Assembly: GCA_964416755.1 (NCBI GenBank)
Contig: CAYQFH010000002.1
Coordinates: 1-52,035, forward strand
DNA: 52,035 nucleotides
Direction of reading: 5' to 3'
Source: an uncultured Piscirickettsiaceae bacterium
GTDB taxonomy: Bacteria; Pseudomonadota; Gammaproteobacteria; GCF-002020875
The notes beneath the pieces were generated by a model. That model did not search any database and was not told the origin of the DNA. It saw only the letters and a list, made by a program, of their open reading frames with translations. Below, piece after piece: positions 7,520-15,200 of the stretch. Numbering within the stretch: position 1 is the stretch's first letter; each line of letters begins with the position of its first letter. Made by a program: the position numbers and the translations under genes.

Positions 7520-8556
7520 GAAAGTCCCTTTCTCTTGAATAAAACCATGGAACGAATCTCCAGACGGTAACGCAATTCGCCACTGATCCTCCCCTCAAGA
7601 TGGCTGGAGAAGCTACGCTCAATCACCAGATCTGGAGTCAACTGCAAACAATAGATGGTCTTCCCTCCCTGGGCACTGCTCTGCAGAATGCGTGCACGCC
7701 GCCTCGACTTCTCATCAAATACGATATCTTCCGGCCGGATCAGCAGTTCAAGACGTGTTCCGTCCGGCAACCCGAAACCGGTGGGATGGTCAATCATGCC
7801 GAGCTCTGTATCGAGGCGCAGTTCATCATGCACTACCCCCTTGACCAGCACACCCGCTCCCATATAACGGGCCACACTCCGCTTCTGTGGTGTCGCATAC
7901 AGCTCCTGCGGTGCGCCCCACTGCAGCAGAATTTCGTTCTCCATCACACCGGCAAAATCACCCGCAAAAAGTGCGCCTTGCCGCACTGCCGTGGAAAGCA
8001 AAATACCGCAACCAAAATGTTCCACGATCCCCTCCAGACGATCCAGCAGGCGATAACGTGCCTCCACGCCAAGATCGAGCAGCGGCTCCTCCAGCAGCAG
8101 CAATACCGGACGGGTTACCAGTGCACGGGCAATCAACAGATAGCGTCTGGTCTCTTCATCCAGGACATCGGGGTAGCTGGCAGCATAATCCGCCAACTTC
8201 AACCCGGAAAGCACCTTCATACAGTGCTCACGCTTGTTGGAAATCCTGAAGTTCTGCAACACCAGACGCAGATTATCCAAAATAGTAAGATGTGGGTAGA
8301 AGCTTCCATCTCTCGGCACCCAGGCAATGGGGCGCTCCCAAGGGGGGGGAATTTTGCCACTCCGTGCAATCAGATCCCCACGCAGAAAGATCTCCCCCTC
8401 TTCAAACCCTTTCAATCCGGCGATCAGGCGGAGCAGTTCCCCTTTACCACTCTCCTCCTCCCCTAGAAGCAGACCGAGCTTACGCTCGGGAAGCGCCAGA
8501 GAAACTCTGGCACCGGTTGGCATTTGCAGTTGATGCAGCTTGAGTAGGTCAGCCAT
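7516..8556 (-). CDS. FbpC/PotA-family ABC ATPase-like protein with degenerate catalytic motifs and a C-terminal TOBE-like domain
   Basis: Collinear with ABC importer ATPases, but each motif is altered. Walker A is GEEESGKG (not GxxGxGKS/T), the signature is LDEETRRY (not LSGGQ), Walker B is LLLLEEP (not hhhhDEP), and the H-loop His is absent (LLSTAVRQ). The C-terminal LLIRPEDIVF block resembles FbpC. The ATG at 8556 overlaps the permease stop by 8 nt; the ORF-track GTG start is at 8580. Confidence 0.8.
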   Translation of the reverse strand: MADLLKLHQLQMPTGARVSLALPERKLGLLLGEEESGKGELLRLIAGLKGFEEGEIFLRGDLIARSGKIPPPWERPIAWVPRDGSFYPHLTILDNLRLVLQNFRISNKREHCMKVLSGLKLADYAASYPDVLDEETRRYLLIARALVTRPVLLLLEEPLLDLGVEARYRLLDRLEGIVEHFGCGILLSTAVRQGALFAGDFAGVMENEILLQWGAPQELYATPQKRSVARYMGAGVLVKGVVHDELRLDTELGMIDHPTGFGLPDGTRLELLIRPEDIVFDEKSRRRARILQSSAQGGKTIYCLQLTPDLVIERSFSSHLEGRISGELRYRLEIRSMVLFKRKGLS

Positions 8557-9295
8557 AGATAAAGGGCCCAAGTGCAACACCCAATGGCGTATAGAGCAGT
8601 GAAATCATCATCACCAGCAGCGTCCCTCGTGTCTTCATCGACACACGCCCTGCGCTTATCTGTTCAGGCAAAACCCGTGGCAATCTCCTGTAACTGCCCA
8701 GCAAGAGTGTCAGCGAAAGAGAGAGCAGCAGAACCCACTGCAGCAGCAACAATGGCTCTGGCTGTTCCAGAAGATAGAGCACCACCGGCAATGTCTCCAC
8801 CCCCAGCCGCTCAGCCACCCCGAAATCAAAATTGACCACCAACAGGGAGGCACCAAACACCCAAACCATCAACCGCAATAGCAGTGGTCGAACCACCATC
8901 GCCGGAGCCACACGATCAACCAACCCCAATTGGTAGCGCTGTTCACGCCCTACAGCCGCTGTGACTGCAAACAGTTTGACTGCAAACAGGGTTGAGAGGG
9001 CCACAGTTGAGAAAAGCAGCACAAAGAGGAGCGCAATACGCCCTTGGAAGAGTTCAATCCAGTGCAGCGGTACCCCTTCTGCAACCAATCTGGCCGGGGT
9101 AAGCAGCGCACTGAACACCGCCCCCCAGGCGATCCAGCGCATCAGCGTGCTGATTCTGCGGGTCACCAACATCCAGCCAATCCACCCTGAAAGCGGAAAT
9201 ACCAGGAGAGAGAGCGCCGCAGTTAATAACAGAGACTCCAGCAGCGGGGCAACGGCTGGAGGAAATTCAAGAAGCGGAAAATAGGACAGACTCAT
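8549..9295 (-). CDS. Multi-TM ABC permease-like membrane protein (divergent)
   Basis: 248 aa with about 6 hydrophobic segments and a weak EAA-loop-like stretch, FGVAERLGVETLPVV. Translationally coupled to the ATPase-like gene. Confidence 0.55.
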   Translation of the reverse strand: MSLSYFPLLEFPPAVAPLLESLLLTAALSLLVFPLSGWIGWMLVTRRISTLMRWIAWGAVFSALLTPARLVAEGVPLHWIELFQGRIALLFVLLFSTVALSTLFAVKLFAVTAAVGREQRYQLGLVDRVAPAMVVRPLLLRLMVWVFGASLLVVNFDFGVAERLGVETLPVVLYLLEQPEPLLLLQWVLLLSLSLTLLLGSYRRLPRVLPEQISAGRVSMKTRGTLLVMMISLLYTPLGVALGPFIYG

Positions 9296-9325
9296 CCGCC
9301 CTATTCTACCGCATCCATCTGGTGC

Positions 9326-9520
9326 TTAAAGTGAGTAGTTGTCTCTCAATCCCAATTTATTGCGATATGCCTCAGACTGATAGTGATCTCTTCGCTGACA
9401 ACAGAGGTTCCACAATCGAGAAACCTTGTAGAGAGAGAAAGAGAGCACCCCACTGAGAACTACTTTGGCGACAACCAGTACAGAAATTCCGAGAGAGGCA
9501 GCAATCAACATCATGATCAT
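9326..9520 (-). CDS. Small (64-aa) membrane protein, first gene after the Fur-box promoter
   Basis: The ATG at 9520 has an AAGGAG SD 7 nt upstream. The sequence is MIMMLIAASLGISVLVVAKVVLSGVLSFSLY followed by a basic/Cys tail. The longer ORF-track start at 9628 would overlap fur. Confidence 0.5.
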   Translation of the reverse strand: MIMMLIAASLGISVLVVAKVVLSGVLSFSLYKVSRLWNLCCQRRDHYQSEAYRNKLGLRDNYSL

Positions 9521-9557
9521 TATGGTACTCCTTACCTTGTTTGAACCAGTAAGGAGC

Positions 9558-9585
9558 ATTATATGCAAATGATAACGATTATCAA
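9558..9585 (-). promoter_or_regulatory. Sigma-70-type promoter with an embedded Fur box
   Basis: The minus strand reads TTGATA-(16 nt)-TATAAT. The 19-mer at 9565-9583, gcaaatgataacgattatc, matches the Fur consensus GATAATGATAATCATTATC at 15/19. The core palindrome TGATAAC-G-ATTATCA (9570-9584) lies across the -35/spacer. Confidence 0.7.
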
Positions 9586-9593
9586 TAGATATT

Positions 9594-10028
9594 TTACTCT
9601 TTTTTCTGGCAACTTCCGCAGACACCATAGAGCGTCAATGCATGGTCAGAGATCTGGAAAGAGTAATTGTCAGCAATTTCATGCTGCAGCTTCTCTATCT
9701 TGGCCTCAAAGAACTCCTCCACTGCACCACAGCTGGTACAGAGCAAATGGTCATGATGATCTCCACGATCCAACTCGAACACCGAGTGGCCGGTCTCGAA
9801 ATTGTGCCGCTTGAGTATTCCAGCCTGCTCGAACTGGGTCAATACGCGATAGACAGTGGCCAGTCCGATCTCCTCCTCTTTTTCGATGAGCGTACGGTAG
9901 ACCTCTTCTGCACTGAGGTGAATCTGTTCGCTCTCCTCCAGTAGCGCCAAAATACGCATACGGGGATGCGTTACCTTCAGGCCAGCACTCTTCAGTTGCT
10001 CTTTTTCAGATAGCGATTGATCAATCAT
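9594..10028 (-). CDS. fur: Ferric uptake regulator Fur
   Basis: 144 aa with LKVTHPRMRIL, ATVYRVLTQFEQAGI, the HHDHLLC-x2-CG motif and a C-terminal CGSC. A full-length Fur-family match. Confidence 0.95.
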   Translation of the reverse strand: MIDQSLSEKEQLKSAGLKVTHPRMRILALLEESEQIHLSAEEVYRTLIEKEEEIGLATVYRVLTQFEQAGILKRHNFETGHSVFELDRGDHHDHLLCTSCGAVEEFFEAKIEKLQHEIADNYSFQISDHALTLYGVCGSCQKKE

Positions 10029-10037
10029 CCCCCCCCC
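10029..10037 (-). repeat. Homopolymer G9 (minus strand) between the SD and the ATG of fur
   Basis: The plus strand has 9 consecutive C at 10029-10037. The minus strand reads AGGAAGGGGGGGGGATG. Confidence 0.9.
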
Positions 10038-10080
10038 TTCCTATTTTCATTCATGGTATCTATACAAAACAGAACAACTG

Positions 10081-11283
10081 TCAGAAGCGGATCGCTGTAC
10101 TGACCGGCTGCTCACCCTGTCTGATTTGTTGCTTTATGTCATCAATTTTATGTTGAAGCTGCAGTGTAGCATGCTTGACGATCTGATTGACCTCTGCCGA
10201 AGTGGTCACTGCATGTAATTTACTATTCAGCGCCTCCAACTGGCGACCATTGCTCTTTCTCACTTCACCAATCTCATAGCGCAACTCTTCCACAATACTC
10301 TTTTCACGACCATCCCCTCGCTGCAGTACCCCCTCATCCGCAGTCACCGGTATCCGTTGCTGGGAGAGCTGCTCCAACTGTTCAGCAAGCTGCTGCTGCG
10401 TCTGCTCAACAACTGCAAGTTGCTGCCTTAGCGGTTCCAGCAACGGTCGTAATTGCAACTCGGCAGGCACTTGCATGGAATCTATCTCATCTGTTGCTCC
10501 ACTGCCCTCAATCTGCTGCTGCATCTTCTGCATCAGGGCTGACTGTTCCGCAATCTGTCTGCTCTGCTCCAGAACCAACTGTTGAGTCTGCTTCAGTGCT
10601 CCCTGCAGTTGCTGCATTAATTGCGCCTGTTCAGCCTGCTGCTGTCTCGAATCATCAACAGCCTGTCTTGACTGTGCCAGCTCTTCATTCAACTGAGAAA
10701 AGCGTTGCTCGACCCCCCTGGAGATTTCGGCAGATTGCCGGGGTGCCACAGGTTGCTGTTGCCGGTTCAGTTCATTCAACTGCTGTTGCAGCTGAGCGAC
10801 TCTGTCCTCCATCTCCCGCAATTGCAGAGATTGAACCTCAGTCGAGTCACTTCCTCCCCCCTGTTCCAACTGATCCATACGCTTACCGATCCGGATCTGC
10901 TCCCGGCGGCTATTGGCCACCAGCTTGCCAATCTCACCCCGCATTTCATCCAGCGTAGAGGGAACCCCATCAATACGCTCTTTTAGCAACGCGACTTCAG
11001 ACTCCAACTGTTTTACCTCATGCTCAGAGAGGCTGGGAACGGGAACCACAACGGGTCGGGGCACTTCGCTCATCTCCTCAAGCGGCTGCTTAATCAGAAA
11101 TTCGGAAGTGACCGGCTCAATCACCGGTTCAGGCACACTATCCCCCTGCTGTATCAGCTGACCCAACGCATCGCCCTTAAAACAGCGATCCTCCCCAGGA
11201 CGATAGATGGCTTCTCCCAAATGGTCACCACTCACCTTAATACGGTCAAGCACCTGATTGCTAATCGATGAATCTACTTTCAT
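10081..11283 (-). CDS. Gln/Glu-rich coiled-coil protein of unknown function
   Basis: About 400 aa of heptad-like Q/E/L-rich sequence (LQQQLNELNRQQQ, QQQAEQAQLMQQLQG) after a ~60-aa N-terminal globular segment. The ATG at 11283 is preferred over the ORF-track GTG at 11373. Confidence 0.6.
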   Translation of the reverse strand: MKVDSSISNQVLDRIKVSGDHLGEAIYRPGEDRCFKGDALGQLIQQGDSVPEPVIEPVTSEFLIKQPLEEMSEVPRPVVVPVPSLSEHEVKQLESEVALLKERIDGVPSTLDEMRGEIGKLVANSRREQIRIGKRMDQLEQGGGSDSTEVQSLQLREMEDRVAQLQQQLNELNRQQQPVAPRQSAEISRGVEQRFSQLNEELAQSRQAVDDSRQQQAEQAQLMQQLQGALKQTQQLVLEQSRQIAEQSALMQKMQQQIEGSGATDEIDSMQVPAELQLRPLLEPLRQQLAVVEQTQQQLAEQLEQLSQQRIPVTADEGVLQRGDGREKSIVEELRYEIGEVRKSNGRQLEALNSKLHAVTTSAEVNQIVKHATLQLQHKIDDIKQQIRQGEQPVSTAIRF

Positions 11284-11433
11284 GACGTCCAGTATAAAAG
11301 GAGCCCTCTGACAGCACAACAGAACAACTGGATAAGGAAACGCCTGTTTTGCAAACTGTCTCTTCAGATCCACAGCATATGGACGCTAAATTCAGAGAAC
11401 CAACAGAAGAAAAACATCAATGGGACAAAACCA

Positions 11434-11628
11434 ATGAAACAGACAAAGAATTCTTCCCTCTCTCAAAAACACGAGATTCACTGGAATGCTGTTGGTGCTG
11501 GACTGGTCACTGCTGCCTTTATCTACCCTGAACAGCAGACCATTCTACTCTCCATGGGTGGCTCCAGCTTTATAACGGGAGTTATTCAGAAGCTGAGCAA
11601 GCGGAGACAACAGTCTGCCATTCAGTAA
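11434..11628 (+). CDS. Possible small hypothetical protein
   Basis: 64-aa ORF ending 40 nt before a strong terminator. The SD is weak and no family was recognised. Confidence 0.3.
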   Translation: MKQTKNSSLSQKHEIHWNAVGAGLVTAAFIYPEQQTILLSMGGSSFITGVIQKLSKRRQQSAIQ

Positions 11629-11667
11629 CCACACTACACCATGCAATAAACAGTAATTACTGCGTTC

Positions 11668-11706
11668 AAAAAAGCCCCCGGCTACACTGTAACCGGGGGC
11701 TTTTTT
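11668..11706. terminator. Bidirectional rho-independent terminator
   Basis: AAAAAA-GCCCCCGG-(11 nt)-CCGGGGGC-TTTTTT lying between convergent genes. Confidence 0.8.
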
Positions 11707-11740
11707 CAGCTGAGCCAATCGAGAACCGAGTACTCACAGC

Positions 11741-12019
11741 CTACCCAAACTCGTGCTCCTCATCAAAGATCTCATCGTGATGAGCACCTGCATGGCTGAC
11801 ACGATAAACCAGATAGATCAGATAAGGGGCTGCAACCAGAAGAATGACTCCAACATTCAGATTACCGGGAATCAGGCCATCATAGAAGCGGTCCAGATTG
11901 ATCCAGCCGGTCACAATCGACACGCCAATCGGGATCACAAACAGGCCAATCGAGAACCACACCAGAAAACGCAACCACTCCGTCCCTAACCACTCCGCAC
12001 AACAGATCACTCTATTCAT
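11741..12019 (-). CDS. Small two-TM membrane protein with an acidic/His-rich C-terminal tail
   Basis: The ATG at 12019 is preceded by AAGGTGAG. There are two hydrophobic helices, and the tail reads HAGAHHDEIFDEEHEFG. Confidence 0.55.
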   Translation of the reverse strand: MNRVICCAEWLGTEWLRFLVWFSIGLFVIPIGVSIVTGWINLDRFYDGLIPGNLNVGVILLVAAPYLIYLVYRVSHAGAHHDEIFDEEHEFG

Positions 12020-12257
12020 CACACTCACCTTAATCCGAAAAACGCTTTATCTATAACAACAAACTTACATAAATAATAATCTATAAGATTTGTTACTGAA
12101 ACCAATACAACAAATGTGCCAAGTGAAACGACAGTTTCTTGTCACTGGCGATATAACATTGAATTTCATGGAGTAAGCGAAAAACATTTCACAATCGAAA
12201 TATTACCAATATGTTATATTTGGCGTTTTATTCAGCCGATCACAACCGCTGCCTACT

Positions 12258-15200
12258 ATGCTTCTCCAGCCGCTGGCACTTTTTCGAAAATTGAAATTGA
12301 TCCACAGGATTCTGATCCTCCAGATCCTGTTGCTGGTTCCGTTTGTCCAACTGCTGCTCCACCACAATCAATCAGTCAGTGCGCTGCAATCCGAGAACAG
12401 ACTCTTCTCTCAAGGGGTGGAAAAAGTGCGGCAGCTTTCTCTGTTGCAAGAGCATATTGCACAATATCGCGGCCTTCACCATGGAGAGCAACAACGATCA
12501 CGCCCTGCCCGTTCCGAGACAACCGAACTACTGAAAGAGCTTCACCAGAACATTGACAGCGAAATTGCATCATTGAGTGACGCTACACTCCCCACACTCA
12601 ATCCGCATCTGATTGAGATCATCCAGACGCAGTGGCAGGCACTTGCCCACTCCTCCAACTCACATAAAGCCGACCATTTCAGCGGCTATACGAGACTGAT
12701 CAGTCAGGTTCACCACCTGATCAAACAGGTCTCCACAGTTAGCTCCCCAAAACTCAATCCCGAGCACCCGGAACTCCTCAAGATATACTCTCTCTCGACC
12801 CACACCATTGCAGCACTCAAGGAGCAGATGGGACAACTGCGAGGCATCACTTACGGAGCCCTTCAATCTGGACAGGATTTGACCAGCAATCAGCAGTTCC
12901 AGGTGCTGTTACCTATTACACTGTCTAAAATCGCAACCTACCGGGCTCTGGTTCGGGATCAACTCGTTGGCATTTACCAGTATAGCCCTGAACTCTACAG
13001 AGAGAGCTTTTCACTCTTTTCCGACTACTCCATCGAGTTGGCAGCACTCTTTGAACTGCTCAATTGGGAACTTGAAAACACTAGCGACGACTCTTCCTCG
13101 CTGCAACTATTCCAATCACCAGATGCCTTTTTCCAGCAGGTCAGTTTTCAGATCGAGCTGCTCGACCAGCTTATCCAGAATCTCTTTGCCCACATTGAGC
13201 AGCATCTGGCAGAAGAGCAGCAACAACTTATCCTCGAACATAACCGGCACCTGCTTTTACTGGTTCTGATACTGATTACAGCACTCCTCTCGCTCGTCTG
13301 GGTGCTCTACGACAACAATCGGGGAAATCTACAGTTACGCAGCTATCTACAACAAAAAGACCCCCTGCAACTGAACAACATGGAGACAGGTGACCACCTT
13401 TCCAATCTCGACCATGAACACTTGCAGATTTGGCAAGCCTACCACCATCTCGAGCAACATCTGGAACATGAAACCGCCCGACTACTCACACTGAAACAAG
13501 GTGTGGACCGTGCAGCAATGATCATGATTACCGACTTGGAGGGGGCCATTCTCTATGTCAACGAGTCCCTGATTGATCGAACCGGATACAGCGAAGCAGA
13601 ATTGTTGGGCAGTAAACCCAGCATATTGAAGTCAGGAGAGACATCCAGAGAGACCTACCAACGCCTCTGGAAGAGCATTCTTGCCGGCAAGATATGGAAA
13701 AACCAGCTCGCCAACCGAAGTCGTTCCGGCGAGCTATACTGGGTTGAGGAGACCATCGTCCCGCTACTGGATGACAATGATGAAGTCCAGGAGTTCTTCG
13801 CCATCCATGTCGAAATCACGACACAGATGATTGCGGAACAGCGCCTTGAGGGGGAGGTTAAAGAGCTGAAGGCGCTGCAGTCCGTTACTACAGAACATCA
13901 AAACCAGCAGTTGGATAGCGATTTCACAGTGACCTCACAGATGGAAGAGGACAATTCCCTCCTTCCGGTAGAGCCACAGAACGAACCCATCCGTGTGCTT
14001 GCCGTAGACGATGAGAAGGCCATTCTCGATAGCTACCGCGTACTACTGAGAGAGGATGACAGCGAAGCAGTGGATCAACTGGGCTCCTTGCTTGAGGGCT
14101 CTTCCATCACGTCCGAATATACTCCCCCCTTTATTCTGGAGTGTACAACCAGTGGTGAAATAGCCGTTGAGAAGCTGCGTTCTGCAATGAACCGTGGGAA
14201 GCCCTATCAGGTAGTCTATCTGGACATGTTGATGCCTGGCGGCTGGGATGGGCTCAAAACAGCAAAAGAGATTCTGCGCATCGACCCCATGGTGAGAATC
14301 ATCGTCATCAGTGCCTGGAGTGATCATAAACCTGCAGAGCTCAAACCTGTACTCGGAGAGCACTTCATCTATCTGAAAAAACCATTCAGCCGTGAAGAGT
14401 TGATCCAGCTTACCCACTATATGGCCGAGGATTGGCGCCGCACACAACAGCTGACACAAAGCAAGGAGTCACTCTCCCAGATCATGCTGGATCTTACAGA
14501 GAGTAACAGGCAGCGTCAGCACGAACTGGATAGCCAGCGAATTTATCAGATGATTCTGGTCACACTCTCGACCAGTGCACCACTCTTTTCCGGTGATCGC
14601 CAATCCGGATACAACGAGATCACACAAGCGACACTGGAGGCGCTGGGTGTAGACCGTGTCACACTATGGCGCCTGGAGGAGGAAGAGGGTGAACAGATAC
14701 TCATTGCCGACGACTGTTATAACGTGAAAGAGCAGCAACATCACTCTGGTGCCAGACAATACACAAGAGATTATCAGGAATTCTGGAACCAGATTGAGCA
14801 CCGGCAAGTTGTTCGCATCGATGACACAGCCCCCCTGCTCGAAAGCCTTTCTCAACCATCCAACTACTTCAATGAACACGATATTCAGTCGCTGATGATC
14901 TCTCCGATCTTCTATAACAACGAACAGACCGGTGTAATCACCGCTGAGGTGCAGACAGAATCGCGCGTCTGGAAACTGGAAGAAGCGACTTTCCTCTCCT
15001 ATGTCAGCAACCTCGTTCCAACCATTGAAATCTCAGCGGCACGCAAAGATGCAGAGACTCGTGCAGAAAATGCCAACAAGGCCAAGGATGATTTCCTGGC
15101 AACAATGAGCCACGAGCTCCGCACCCCGCTCTCCAGCATGATCGGCTATGGAGACATCCTCAGCGAAAGCCCATTGAACCATGACCAGCAAGATCTGGTG

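Noticed and set aside
7600-8466. 288-aa plus-strand ORF, plus similar long ORFs at 5063-5542, 23189-23902, 34487-35194, 40726-41622, 45999-46760, 48703-49476 and 51037-51684.
   Set aside because: All lie antisense to, or out of frame with, well-supported conserved genes: ABC-like, mamO-like, relA, guaB, hypX, kinase, TonB-dependent receptor and ppiD. Their translations are low-complexity with no recognisable motifs. They are shadow ORFs.
8508-8527. Sigma-54-like TGGCAC followed by GGCA/TTGCA (also TGGCAC-cgg-TTGCA at 6055-6068).
   Set aside because: The spacing is wrong for a -24/-12 element (N5 is required before TTGC). Both lie inside coding regions on the non-coding strand with no downstream gene.
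9563-9814. Plus-strand 83-aa ORF with a good AAGGAG SD 6 nt upstream of its ATG.
   Set aside because: It runs antisense through the fur coding region. The AAGGAG is one arm of the inverted repeat described at 9528-9556. The product is basic and low-complexity with no family resemblance.
12075-12100. AT-rich stretch ataaataataatctataag resembling a Fur box upstream of the hybrid kinase.
   Set aside because: It matches the 19-bp consensus at only 10-11/19 and has no dyad symmetry, so it is indistinguishable from generic AT-rich promoter DNA. The weak match upstream of fur itself (about 10040-10065) was rejected on the same grounds.
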